Source of the DNA: an uncultured Chloroflexia bacterium
Lineage (GTDB): Bacteria; Chloroflexota; Limnocylindria; QHBO01
Reading direction: 5' to 3'
Length of the DNA: 64,000 nucleotides
NCBI GenBank assembly: GCA_963825525.1
Contig: CAWGTN010000002.1
Coordinates: forward strand, 352,001 to 416,000
In this document: positions 41,820 to 51,479 of the stretch, piece after piece
How positions within the stretch are numbered: position 1 is the first letter of the stretch
How the letters are laid out: every line of letters begins with the position of its first letter
The notes under the pieces: generated by a model
Seen by the model: only the letters and a program-made list of their open reading frames with translations
What the model was told of the DNA's origin: nothing
Databases searched by the model: none
Position numbers and translations under genes: made by a program

Positions 41820-43360
41820 GACACCCTCCCGAAATCGATCAGGCCGATCGTGAGGTTGCCCAGGCCGCGCAGGCCGTCGGCCACCAACCACCAATTCTCG
41901 TCATACGACCACGGAATGACCGGCGCCTCCTCCGCCACGCGCTCCTCGACCGCGTCGTACGCGCGGCCGACCTCGTCTTCGGCTGCCCCCGCGGCCGCGT
42001 CCAGCAGTCGAACGAAGTCGGCGTCGCGCCATCGCCCGTAGTTGCTCAGTGCGTCCGGCTCGAGGAGAAGGCCGTACAGCGCGTGCGGAGACGCGTAGTC
42101 GGCGATCCAGTTGATCGTGAAGATCTGCGGCGGTCTCGACTCCAGGTCCTGGAGAAATGCCCCGGCACCGGGAGTCTCCGTCTCGATGGTCACGCCCAGC
42201 TCTTCGCGCCATACGGCGACAGCCGGGTCAACAAAGAGCCCGTAGGCGTTGACCGTGATCGTGCCCAGGTCCGCCCGATCCTCGTACCCGGCCTCGTCGA
42301 GCAATTGGCGGGCGCGGGCTGGATCGCTCGCCAGGCGCGGGCTGAAGCCCTCTGGCCAGATGGCGGGAGGCACGATGCTCGCCGCCGCCATCGATCCACC
42401 GCCCTCCGACAGCGGCACCAGGCGCTCCCGGTCGAGTGCAAGGCTGAACGCCAGGCGCACGCGGGCATCGTCGAACGGCGGACGCGACGTGTCGAATCCG
42501 AAGTAGCTGATGGTGAGCGGCTCGGCGGCATGCAGCCGCTTGCCGAGGTCGCGGTCATAGGCAATCCAGGTGGCGTCCGAGCCGGCCACCGGCGCCAGGT
42601 CGACGTTCCCGTCCGCGAACGCGTTCACCGATCCGCCGTCAGCACCTCCCACCCACCGAACCTCGTCGATCGGAGGCGGACCGGCGACGTAGCGCGGGTT
42701 TGCCTTGAGCACGACATCGGCGCCATCGAGGCCATCGATGACGTAGGGGCCGCTGCCGACGAAGGCATCCGGGTTCTGCCAGGTCGGCGTCGCATCGGCC
42801 GTCGCCGGGACGACGAACGTGGTCGGAGTTGCCACGATGTCAAGAAAGTACGAGGCCGGGTGCCGAAGGGTGACGATCAGGGTTCGATCATCGGGCGCCG
42901 CGATCGCGACCTCGTCCGCCTCGATCTCCCCGGCGATGCGCTCCGGCGCGCCACGGATGATGCTCAGCACATCGGGCGCCGTTGCACTCGTGGCCGGGTC
43001 CAGCAGGCGAAGCCACGAGCGTCGGACATCCTCGGCCACCAGCGGATCGCCATCGCTGAACTCGAGATCGGGTCGAATCGCGAACTCATAGGTGAGCCCG
43101 TCGTCGCTGATCTCCCACCCGGAGGCGAGAGAGGGGTACGGCTCGCCGGTCTCGTCCAGCCGCGTCAACCCGGCATACACCTGGAGCAGGAACTGCACGT
43201 CGCCGGCGTTGATGATGAACGCCGGATCGAGGGTGCTCGGCGCTCCGCCCAGGTAGCGGAGGGGCGGGCCGGCGGCGCGCGCGCTGCTGCCCGGAAGCGC
43301 CACGGCCAGCACGACAGCGCCCGCCGCGACCAACGCGGCTACCCGTGTCAGATGTCGCAT
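41807..43360 (-). CDS. Peptide ABC transporter substrate-binding protein (family 5)
   Basis: TLDPA, LASGW.ISDDG..Y.F, FSDG, GSGPY, PFDDARVR.A, W.ADY. Confidence 0.9.
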   Translation of the reverse strand: MRHLTRVAALVAAGAVVLAVALPGSSARAAGPPLRYLGGAPSTLDPAFIINAGDVQFLLQVYAGLTRLDETGEPYPSLASGWEISDDGLTYEFAIRPDLEFSDGDPLVAEDVRRSWLRLLDPATSATAPDVLSIIRGAPERIAGEIEADEVAIAAPDDRTLIVTLRHPASYFLDIVATPTTFVVPATADATPTWQNPDAFVGSGPYVIDGLDGADVVLKANPRYVAGPPPIDEVRWVGGADGGSVNAFADGNVDLAPVAGSDATWIAYDRDLGKRLHAAEPLTISYFGFDTSRPPFDDARVRLAFSLALDRERLVPLSEGGGSMAAASIVPPAIWPEGFSPRLASDPARARQLLDEAGYEDRADLGTITVNAYGLFVDPAVAVWREELGVTIETETPGAGAFLQDLESRPPQIFTINWIADYASPHALYGLLLEPDALSNYGRWRDADFVRLLDAAAGAAEDEVGRAYDAVEERVAEEAPVIPWSYDENWWLVADGLRGLGNLTIGLIDFGRVSWDG

Positions 43361-43425
43361 GCGGGCTCCATTGGCGAGGCGGCCAGGATGAGAGCTCGAC
43401 GCACGGCGGCTAGTATACGGTCGCC

Positions 43426-43962
43426 GTGCAGCCCGTCCATGAACACCGATTTCAACCCCAGCCCGCGGGCAGTCTGACCCTGCGCCAGTTCGTCGAATCT
43501 CTTCGCCGATGGACGCCGGAGATGCGCCAGATGGTGCAGATCGCGCTCACTCGCACGGCGGAAGAACGCGGGACCTACCTCCAGCAGTTCCATGCCGGCC
43601 ATCACGAGCGGCAGCCCGGACCACTCGACGGCTTCATGCGATGGGCGTACTCCGACCCGCGGCTGGAGGACATCCCCCTCCTGCTGGCCGAGCTGGACCG
43701 CACCGATGGGGACTACGCGGGCGCGCTGGAGCACGAGGCCGATGTCCTCGTCCGGGAACGCGCTCATGGCAAGTCGGCGGCTCAGCGCGTGGCGGACTAC
43801 CTCGCCCTGCTCGGCATGGAGACGAGCGATCGCGTCCGCGCCGCGGTGGCAAGCCTGCTTCCGCCGGAGACGCCGGCCCCGGCCGTTACCGCCACCATCC
43901 GGCAGATGCGCCGCAGATGGCTCGAGCTGTATGGCGACGATCCCTTCTTCGGCGAGGATTGA
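43426..43962 (+). CDS. Hypothetical protein
   Basis: 178-aa ORF with protein-like composition in an intergenic slot. Confidence 0.6.
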   Translation: MQPVHEHRFQPQPAGSLTLRQFVESLRRWTPEMRQMVQIALTRTAEERGTYLQQFHAGHHERQPGPLDGFMRWAYSDPRLEDIPLLLAELDRTDGDYAGALEHEADVLVRERAHGKSAAQRVADYLALLGMETSDRVRAAVASLLPPETPAPAVTATIRQMRRRWLELYGDDPFFGED

Positions 43963-43963
43963 C

Positions 43964-44584
43964 GTGAGGTCGCGGCGCACGCTGGGGTGGGCGTTGATCG
44001 CCTACGGCATGCTCGGCATCGCACTCATCGTGGGCGGAGCACCGGCCGGCCTGTCGCTGGCGGCGAGCGTCGAACGACTCGCGGTCACGGCCGACGACAC
44101 GCTCCGCGCGGCCGTGACGAGTACCGAGGCCGCCGCGGCAGCATTCGTGAACGTGGATGGCAGTCTCGCTCAGGCGGAGTCATCGGCAGGGTCGGCCGCC
44201 CAGCTCTCGCGCGACGCATCGGGCACGCTGGCCTCACTCGCGGCCGCCATGGAGCTCTCGGTGTTCGGCGTTCAGCCGCTGTTGCCGCTGGCCGGCGAAT
44301 TCGAGACCAGCGCCAGCCAGGCATCGGCTCTGGGCGATGAGCTGGCGGATGTGGCGGGTTCGATGGGCGGAACCCGGGAGGACGTGGCCCGCATCGGCAC
44401 CGAGCTCAGTGGGTTGAGCACCGAGCTCGGCAAGCTCAGGGAAGCGGGCGGGAGCGGTAGTGCTCCCCCTCCGATCCGCGCGTTCGTCCTGCTCCTGCTC
44501 GCCTGGCTGATGGTTCCGGCGGTCGGCGGCATCGTGGGTGGCGCCGCGCTCCTCAGATCCGGGATGCCACGCTCAACGACCTGA
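43964..44584 (+). CDS. Hypothetical membrane protein (TM-helical-TM)
   Basis: GTG 2 nt after the previous stop; hydrophobic ends flank an Ala/Ser helical region. Confidence 0.65.
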   Translation: MRSRRTLGWALIAYGMLGIALIVGGAPAGLSLAASVERLAVTADDTLRAAVTSTEAAAAAFVNVDGSLAQAESSAGSAAQLSRDASGTLASLAAAMELSVFGVQPLLPLAGEFETSASQASALGDELADVAGSMGGTREDVARIGTELSGLSTELGKLREAGGSGSAPPPIRAFVLLLLAWLMVPAVGGIVGGAALLRSGMPRSTT

Positions 44585-44588
44585 AGGA

Positions 44589-45797
44589 TCAATCGGCGGT
44601 GCGGATCACCCGTCGCAGGCGCAGCAACGCCCCGACATACAACACCACGCCGATCCCGAGCAGCGCGAAGAGCATCCACGGTGTGGTCACCGACCCTCGG
44701 AGCATGAGGTCCTGGAGCGTGGCGATGCCGTGGGTCACCGGCAACGCGTACGCGATGTACTGCATCCACTCGGCGAAATCGCTGACGGGCAGAACGAATC
44801 CGGAGAAGAAGACGCTCGCCAGGAGGATGAGCATGCTCAGCTGCACCGCCTGCCGCTCCGAGTCCGCGACCAGGGAGATCAGCAGCCCGAACCCGAGCGA
44901 CGCGAACGTCAGCAGCAGCACGATCCCGGCGAACATCGCGATGCTCCCGAGCAGGGGAACCCCCAGCACCCCGACCAGCAGCGCGCCAACGATGCCGCTC
45001 ACCACCAGGCTGAGTGCCGCGTAGGCCACGTACTTGCCGACAAGAAGCTCCATCGACGTCACCGGGGCCACCCTGAATCGGTCCATCTGGCCGGACAGCC
45101 GCTCACGGACCATCGACAGGGCGGTCAGCGTGATGGCCAGGTGCTGGATCACGAGCGCGAAGACTGCCGGGCCGAAGAAGTTCAGGACCTGCGGCTGCGA
45201 GGGCGCCACGTTCTCGGTCTCGGCCGTCGTGGGCCGCGCAATGACCTCGGGCGGAATGTTGGTGGCGGCCGGCCCCAGCTCACCCTCCGCGAAGTCGATC
45301 CCCTCGCCGGCCGCGCGCTCCACGATCTCGGCATTCAGGCTGCTCACCAGGATCGAGGTGGCCAACGTGGCCAATTGGTCGTAGACCGGGTCGACCTGGT
45401 TCCACGCCACGCGGATCGTCGTCTGGCGCCCAGCACGCAGCTCCTTCTCAGAGTCCTGCGGGACGATGACCAACAGGTCCATCTCGCCGTTGCGGAGGCG
45501 CTGTTCGGCCGCCGCACGGTCCTCGGACACCCGCGTCACTTCGAGGCGGCCGGGGGCCAGGCTCTCGTACGACTCGGCGGATCGCGAGAAGTCGCTTCCA
45601 ACGGGCACCACGATCTCCGTGGCGAAGGGGGCGCGGTAGCCGCTGTAGCCGAGTCCGAACAGAAACATCACGAGGAACGGGCCGAGGATGAGGCTGAGGA
45701 CGACCCCGGGGCGCCGGAGGACCTCTCGGAGCTCCTTGCCCGTGAACGAGGCCATGCGGACCACGCTGTGCGAGATGCCCTGCCAGGCGCTACCCAC
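44589..45797 (-). CDS. ABC-2 type permease
   Basis: KELRE..R, MVRER..G, GKY, FFSGF..P, LPVTH. Confidence 0.9.
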   Translation of the reverse strand: MGSAWQGISHSVVRMASFTGKELREVLRRPGVVLSLILGPFLVMFLFGLGYSGYRAPFATEIVVPVGSDFSRSAESYESLAPGRLEVTRVSEDRAAAEQRLRNGEMDLLVIVPQDSEKELRAGRQTTIRVAWNQVDPVYDQLATLATSILVSSLNAEIVERAAGEGIDFAEGELGPAATNIPPEVIARPTTAETENVAPSQPQVLNFFGPAVFALVIQHLAITLTALSMVRERLSGQMDRFRVAPVTSMELLVGKYVAYAALSLVVSGIVGALLVGVLGVPLLGSIAMFAGIVLLLTFASLGFGLLISLVADSERQAVQLSMLILLASVFFSGFVLPVSDFAEWMQYIAYALPVTHGIATLQDLMLRGSVTTPWMLFALLGIGVVLYVGALLRLRRVIRTAD

Positions 45798-46788
45798 GTG
45801 CCTGGTCCTCCAGCGGCTCGGGAGCGGGTCGTCCCTCGCGCGAGGCTCGCCGGCGCTCGACCAGCCCGGTGAAGACCTCGTCGAAGGTCGGCTGATGCTC
45901 CTCGAGACCGGTCACGCCGATGCCGGCGCGGCGAAGGGTCTCGATGATCTGCGGCGTGGTGCTCGCGGCGTCCTCGGTCGTGACGATGAGCTTGCGGGCA
46001 GCCGGCTGGCGCACTCCGGTCACACCGGCCACGCTGGCCAGGACATCGGCGTCGACCGCGCGCTCGGTGTTCACCTCCAGCACTTCTCCGCCGAAGACGA
46101 GCCGGCGCAGGGCGTCGGGCGTGTCGAGCGCGACGAGTTCACCATCGGCAATGAGGGCCACCCGGTCGCAGTACTCGGCCTCGGTGACGTACTGCGTCGT
46201 GACCACCAGGGTTCGTCCGTCGTCTCGAAGCGCCCGGAGCTCGTCCCAGATCGCCTGGCGCAGGACCGGATCGATCCCGGCCGTGGGCTCGTCAACGAAC
46301 AGCACATCCGGGCGGTGGACCAGCGCGCAGGCGAGCTCGAGCCGGCGCTGCATGCCGCCTGAGAGGTCGCGCGCCAACCGGTGGCGAGCGTCATAGAGGT
46401 CCACGACCTCGAGCGCCCGCCGGATCTCGCGCCGACGTCGGAACGGCCCGATGCCGTAGAGGGCGGCAACGAACCCGACGTTCTCCTGGGCGGAGAGATC
46501 CTCGTACAGGCTGAACAGCTGGGGCATGTACGCGATGCGCCCGCGCGTCCTGCGGGTGAAGTCCATCGGGTCCTCGCCGAGAACGCTGATCTCACCTTCG
46601 TTACGGCCCAGCGTCCCGGTCAGCATCCGGATGGTCGTGGTCTTGCCCGACCCGCTCGGGCCGACGACGCCGAGGATGGTGCCGCGCTCAACCTCGAACG
46701 AGAGGTCATCGACGACGGTGCGGTCCTCGAAGGCGCGAGTCACGTGGGCGACCGAGATGATCGGTTGCGTGGCTTGTGGTGCGGTCAC
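45790..46788 (-). CDS. ABC transporter ATP-binding protein
   Basis: GPSGSGKTT, LSGGMQRR, VDEPTAG. Confidence 0.93.
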   Translation of the reverse strand: MTAPQATQPIISVAHVTRAFEDRTVVDDLSFEVERGTILGVVGPSGSGKTTTIRMLTGTLGRNEGEISVLGEDPMDFTRRTRGRIAYMPQLFSLYEDLSAQENVGFVAALYGIGPFRRRREIRRALEVVDLYDARHRLARDLSGGMQRRLELACALVHRPDVLFVDEPTAGIDPVLRQAIWDELRALRDDGRTLVVTTQYVTEAEYCDRVALIADGELVALDTPDALRRLVFGGEVLEVNTERAVDADVLASVAGVTGVRQPAARKLIVTTEDAASTTPQIIETLRRAGIGVTGLEEHQPTFDEVFTGLVERRRASREGRPAPEPLEDQARG

Positions 46789-46800
46789 GGCCGTGCCGAA

Positions 46801-46816
46801 TGCAAGTCGTGTGCCG
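46801..46816 (-). promoter_or_regulatory. Putative sigma54 promoter
   Basis: CGGCACACGACTTGCA ending 12 nt before the GTG start. Confidence 0.55.
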
Positions 46817-46868
46817 CCCGCCGAGCAAGCCCTCGGCGCGAATTGGGATCCCCTGGTCCGGTCCGTTC

Positions 46869-46885
46869 CGGCATGCGATGTGCCA
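46869..46885. promoter_or_regulatory. Putative sigma54 promoter (fits both strands)
   Basis: Plus: CGGCATGCGATGTGC; minus: TGGCACATCGCATGC. Confidence 0.45.
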
Positions 46886-46923
46886 GTCGAAGCGGTGTAG
46901 CCGATGAGGAGACCAGCAACCCG

Positions 46924-47175
46924 ATGACCAGCATGACCGCCGACGAGCGTGACGATCTTCGCAAGGACCAGTTCGCCTACGTCGACCGCGAGGGTGGCGA
47001 GCACCTGCCGATCCACGACGAGTCCCACGTGCGAAACGCCATTGCTCGCTTCAACCAGACCGATTTCGAGAGCAAGACGGCCAAGGAGGAGGCGCGCAAG
47101 AAGATCCTGCGCGCCGCCGATCGGCACGGCATCGAAGTGGACGAGGACAGCAACGTCCGCCAACCGGTGCGCTGA
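46924..47175 (+). CDS. Small protein, DUF6582-like
   Basis: SD GAGGAG; R.DL...FAY...LPIHDESHVRNAIARF.Q. Confidence 0.8.
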   Translation: MTSMTADERDDLRKDQFAYVDREGGEHLPIHDESHVRNAIARFNQTDFESKTAKEEARKKILRAADRHGIEVDEDSNVRQPVR

Positions 47176-48006
47176 TGCGACCGATCTGGAAGGGCGCAAT
47201 CAGCTTCGGGATGGTCACCATCCCGGTGAAGGTCTACACGGCCACCGAGGGGAAGGACGTGCGGTTCCGGCTCCTCCACAAGACGGACGGAGCGCCGATC
47301 GAGGAGAAGCGGTTCTGCACCGAGGATGGGAAGGAAGTGGCCTGGGATGACCTCGTCCGTGGATACGAGGTCAGCAAGGGCGAGTTCGTGATCCTGGAGC
47401 CCGACGAGATCGACGCAGCCAAGCCTGAAAGCAGCACGACGATCGACATCGGCGACTTCGTGGAGGCTTCGGAGATCGACGCCGTCTACTTCGAGAAGAG
47501 CTACTTCCTCGAGCCGACCGGGGTCGGTGCCAAGCCCTTCAGCCTCCTGCGCCGCGCGCTCGAGGAGACCGATCGAGTGGCCCTGGCACGCGTGACACTC
47601 CGAACCCGGGAGCGGCTCGCCACGCTCCGCACGTACGAGGACACGCTGCTCCTCGAGACGATGTTCTGGCCCGATGAGATTCGATCGACCGGTGCGCTGG
47701 ACCTTCCCGAAGGCGAGGAGGCGCGCGTCCGTGGCAAGGAGCTCGACATGGCGCGAACCCTCATCGGCGATCTGGCCGACCGGTTCCGTCCCGAGCGCTA
47801 TACCGACACATACCGGACGGCGCTCGAGAGCCTGATCGAGCAGAAGATGCGGGGCGAGGTAAAGAACTCGAAGCGTCGAAAGGCCGAGCCCAAGGTCATC
47901 GACCTCATGGAGGCGCTCAAGGCGAGTGTTGCGGAGGCCGGCAAGAAGGGCACGAAGCGTCGCTCCGACCGCGGGCCGGCAGAAGAAGCGCCGCTCCGCC
48001 GCCTGA
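47175..48006 (+). CDS. ku: Ku protein (NHEJ); probable indel near 47975 makes the ORF read through
   Basis: MRPIWKGAISFGMVTIPVK, KSYFLEP, VIDLMEALKAS, basic tail; TGA at 48004-48006 in the shifted frame. Confidence 0.93.
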
Positions 48007-48011
48007 GTCGG

Positions 48012-48230
48012 CTAGAAGCGCTCCTGCTCTTCCTCGAGGTCGTCGCCGCCGACGCTCCCCGACCGCTCGGGTTCCGCGGATCCGCCGACACCGAGCGTGA
48101 CGTCCGCCCGCGACGTCCCCTCCACTTCGCGACGCTCACCCGGAGTGAAGCTGTCGCTCGTGTCGTCGGGCGTCAGGTCGCCGGTGGCGCCGGTCATGCC
48201 GCCACCACCGGCGTTGCCGCGATCGGTCAT
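48012..48230 (-). CDS. Small acidic hypothetical protein
   Basis: MTDRGNAGGGG...; ATGA overlap with the presumed SRPBCC stop. Confidence 0.55.
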   Translation of the reverse strand: MTDRGNAGGGGMTGATGDLTPDDTSDSFTPGERREVEGTSRADVTLGVGGSAEPERSGSVGGDDLEEEQERF

Positions 48231-48692
48231 CGCTGGCTTCCCGCCTCGACCTCGCCGCGCCAGGCGCCCGATCTCGGAGCCGCGGCTCTCGATGAACTCC
48301 TTGAAGCGTTCGAGGTCGCCCTTGACCTGACGGTCGAGGAACCCGAGCGCGCTTCCGACGGTCTCGACCAGTCCCTCTGGGTCAGCGTCCAGCTGCAGGG
48401 TCACCCGGGTCGTCTCGTCGTCGATGCGGTGAAAAGTCACGACGCCGGCGTTATCGGCGCCCGAGGTGGAGTTCCACGCCACGCGCTCGTCGGCATGCTG
48501 CTCGGTGACCTCGGCGTCCCACTCCTTTTCCTTGCCCGCCACCTCGGCAACCCAATGGAGATGGGTGTCATCGGTCTGCGTGACCGACTTCACGCCTTCC
48601 ATGAAGTGAGGGAAGTCCTCGAACTGGGTCCACTGGTTGTAGGCGGTGCTGACGGGCACCTTGACGTCGATGCTCTCTACGACGGAAGCCAT
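48227..48692 (-). CDS. SRPBCC/polyketide cyclase family protein (indel near 48270)
   Basis: SD GAGGAG; YNQWTQFEDFPHFMEGV, GDLERFKEFIE; the GAWRGEV tail is in a shifted frame. Confidence 0.88.
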
Positions 48693-48747
48693 GGTCGATC
48701 TCCTCTGCGCGTGCGGCGCGATGCGATACGTGGTTGCCTGACCACCT

Positions 48748-48763
48748 TGCAAGGGACGCGCCA
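48748..48763 (-). promoter_or_regulatory. Putative sigma54 promoter
   Basis: TGGCGCGTCCCTTGCA, close to the TGGCACG-N4-TTGC consensus. Confidence 0.6.
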
Positions 48764-48860
48764 GCGCGCACCTCCTCCCATCCCGGCTGAGGGCAAAGGG
48801 TCCGTATACTCATGAGGCCCGCCGCCACCCAGCCCGTCCCGATGTGCCCGCGGAGGCTCC

Positions 48861-51077
48861 GTGCAGTTCACTCCCCCGAGCGTCCCCCGTAAGCCGAGTG
48901 CGTGGCTCGCTCTCGGGTGGCTGGCCGCGATGATCCTGGTCGCCTCGATCGCGCCGGCGCGGGTATCGGCGCACGCCGAGCTCGTGACCTCCGACCCGAT
49001 CGCGAACAGCTCACTTGTCGAGGCCCCGTCGACCCTGACGGTGACGTTCAGCGAACGGATCGATCCTGATCGGGCCAGCATCGAGGTACTCGATCTCCAG
49101 CTGCGCCCGGTCGCGGGCGTCGGGCCGGCGCGGGTCGACCCCGAGGGCGTCACCGTCACCTTGGACCTGCCCGTCCTGGATCCGGACGTCTACACCGTCC
49201 GCTATGACGTGGTATCGACGACCGATGGCCACACGACCAGTGGGTTCTATGCGTTCATCGTCGATCCGACCGGTGCCCAGGCGCCGCCGAGCTCGACGCC
49301 CACCGCAACGTCCCCCTCCGCGGACGCGTTGGCGGTTGCTGCCCGCTGGCTGAGCCTGCTGGGCACGCTGATCGGGCTCGGCACCCTGGTGACCTGGTGG
49401 CACTCCGGCCGCCCGCTGGGCTTCCTGGTGCCCTGGCGCCTCGTGGCCGTGTCATCGTTCGTGGGCGCAGGGGCGCTGGCGGTCTACCTCATGCTCTCCG
49501 CCCGCACCATTCCCCCGGGGCCGGGTGGCCTGCCATTCGACCCTGCGGCCGCGTTCGGGTGGACGCCGTTTGCGGTGGCGATGCGAGTGGCCCTGCTGGG
49601 CGGACTGCTGGCCGGGTCGCTTGCCATCCTCGGAGCGATACGAGGGTCAGCCACCGGTCGGTGGTTGGTCGTCGCCGTGGCGCTTGCGGTCGGCACCTCG
49701 CTGGCGGGAATGAGCGCCGGCGGCCATGGATCGTCCCTCGGTGGACCCGTCAACGGGGCGATCGACTGGCTCCACCTGGTGGCGGCGGCTGCGTGGCTCG
49801 GGGGCATCCCGGCGATCTACGTCATGGGGCGAAGAACCGCGACGCGGGACGTGCTGCGCCGGCATGGCAGGCTGGCCCTGGTTGCGGCCCCACTCGTCAT
49901 CCTGACCGGGGTCGCCAACTCCCCCCTGGTCCTGGGCTCGGCGCGCGGCCTGGTGGCCAGCGAGTACGGCAACCTGCTGCTCGCCAAGGCCACGTTGGCC
50001 AGCATCGCGCTCGCAATCGGCGCTGTGAACCACTTCCTCCTCCGCGGTCGCGGGCGCGGGAGCGCGTCCCTCCTGGTCGCCGCCGAGCTCTCGGTGGCGG
50101 TGGTGGCCGTGCTGGCTGCCGCCACGATGGTGACGGTCCAGCCAGCTGCGGCCCGCCAGGACGTTGTGATCGGGCCGGCCATTCAGCCCGCGCACTTCTT
50201 CGGTGAGGCCGGTCCCACGTCGATCCATGCCTCGGTCAGCATCCCAGCCCCGGGCCGCCAGACGTACCAGGTCACCCTTCGCGACGCCGATACGGGAGCG
50301 CCCCGCGACGACATCCAGAAGGTCTTCCTCGAGTTCACGCCAGTGGAGACCATCGGGCTTGGCACCGAACGCATCGAGCTGGAGCCGAACACGCTCGAGG
50401 GTCTGTACTCGACGGCCGCGGCGGCCACCCCGGTCATCGGCGAGTGGCAGATGCGCGTTGTCGTCCGGCGCGCCGGTGCGCTCGACGAGTCCGTCGAGTT
50501 CGGGATGGCGGTACAGGAGCCCGGCCCCGCCCTGCGTGCCCCGCCGCCGGATACCGGCATCGGCGTCCCGTCACCGATGGCGGCGCTGTGGACGGCGCTG
50601 CCCTCGGGGTTGTCGGGCTGGATCCCGGCCTTCGCGTTGCTCGGGTTAGGCATATGGCTCGGCCGCGTTCATGCGGGACTCGCTCGCCTGCGCATCCCGG
50701 TCCTGGCGCTGGCCGTGATCCTGTTCCTCGGCGTCGGATCTCGTTCCCTGGTGGAGGGTGCGAATCGGCCGACGGTGTCGGACCTGGCGCCATACGCAAG
50801 TGCCGCCGCCGGGGATCCCGAGATCGGCGAGCGCATCTACCGGGCGAACTGCGCGGCGTGCCACGGGACCGATGGCACCGGCGACGGTCCGGTGCAGACG
50901 GCCGTGACACCGAGGTCGCTTGCCGATCGGGTCCCCGCCCTCTCCGACGCCGAGGTGTCGTACCGTATTGCGACGGGCACCGCGGGCACGCCGATGCCGG
51001 CCTTTGCCGCCAGCCTGACCGAACAGGAGCGCGATGACCTCGTGAGCTACCTTCGGGCCAGGTGGGGCACGCCGTGA
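48861..51077 (+). CDS. CopC-CopD fusion with C-terminal cytochrome c domain
   Basis: AHAELVTSDP, DGH; GH..., WLHL...W.GG, YGNLLLAK; CAACHG...MPAF. Confidence 0.88.
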   Translation: MQFTPPSVPRKPSAWLALGWLAAMILVASIAPARVSAHAELVTSDPIANSSLVEAPSTLTVTFSERIDPDRASIEVLDLQLRPVAGVGPARVDPEGVTVTLDLPVLDPDVYTVRYDVVSTTDGHTTSGFYAFIVDPTGAQAPPSSTPTATSPSADALAVAARWLSLLGTLIGLGTLVTWWHSGRPLGFLVPWRLVAVSSFVGAGALAVYLMLSARTIPPGPGGLPFDPAAAFGWTPFAVAMRVALLGGLLAGSLAILGAIRGSATGRWLVVAVALAVGTSLAGMSAGGHGSSLGGPVNGAIDWLHLVAAAAWLGGIPAIYVMGRRTATRDVLRRHGRLALVAAPLVILTGVANSPLVLGSARGLVASEYGNLLLAKATLASIALAIGAVNHFLLRGRGRGSASLLVAAELSVAVVAVLAAATMVTVQPAAARQDVVIGPAIQPAHFFGEAGPTSIHASVSIPAPGRQTYQVTLRDADTGAPRDDIQKVFLEFTPVETIGLGTERIELEPNTLEGLYSTAAAATPVIGEWQMRVVVRRAGALDESVEFGMAVQEPGPALRAPPPDTGIGVPSPMAALWTALPSGLSGWIPAFALLGLGIWLGRVHAGLARLRIPVLALAVILFLGVGSRSLVEGANRPTVSDLAPYASAAAGDPEIGERIYRANCAACHGTDGTGDGPVQTAVTPRSLADRVPALSDAEVSYRIATGTAGTPMPAFAASLTEQERDDLVSYLRARWGTP

Positions 51078-51104
51078 TCGCGATCCAGACGAGGAGAAGA
51101 TGAG

Positions 51105-51479
51105 ATGCAGAGACTTGTGCGCCCGCTGACCGCACTCGCCGCGGGGACGTTGCTCCTCGCCGGCTGCGCGGGGGGCGAATCGGGCTGCACGGACCTCCCG
51201 GACCGTGTCGAGATCACCGTGACCGCCGAGGCATTGGTTCCCGCCCAGCCCGCGGTGTGTGCAGGGCACGAGGTGACGCTGGTCCTGACCGCCGAGGTCG
51301 ACGGAGTGCTCCACATCCATGGCTACGACGAAGAGGCGCCGGCGACCCCGATCGTGGCCGGCGAGGTCAAGGAGCTCACGTTCACGGCGTCCCGCAGCGG
51401 TCAGTTTCCGGTGGAGCTCCACAGCAATGACGACCCGCAGGGCGTCGATGTAGGGATCTTCACAGTCCATGAGCCCTAG
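51105..51479 (+). CDS. Cupredoxin-like lipoprotein
   Basis: LAGC; LHIHGYD; G.FPVELH. Confidence 0.78.
   Translation: MQRLVRPLTALAAGTLLLAGCAGGESGCTDLPDRVEITVTAEALVPAQPAVCAGHEVTLVLTAEVDGVLHIHGYDEEAPATPIVAGEVKELTFTASRSGQFPVELHSNDDPQGVDVGIFTVHEP

Noticed and set aside
47175-48815. 546-aa Ku with a long C-terminal extension
   Set aside because: The extension is antisense to the SRPBCC gene; an indel near 47975 explains the read-through.
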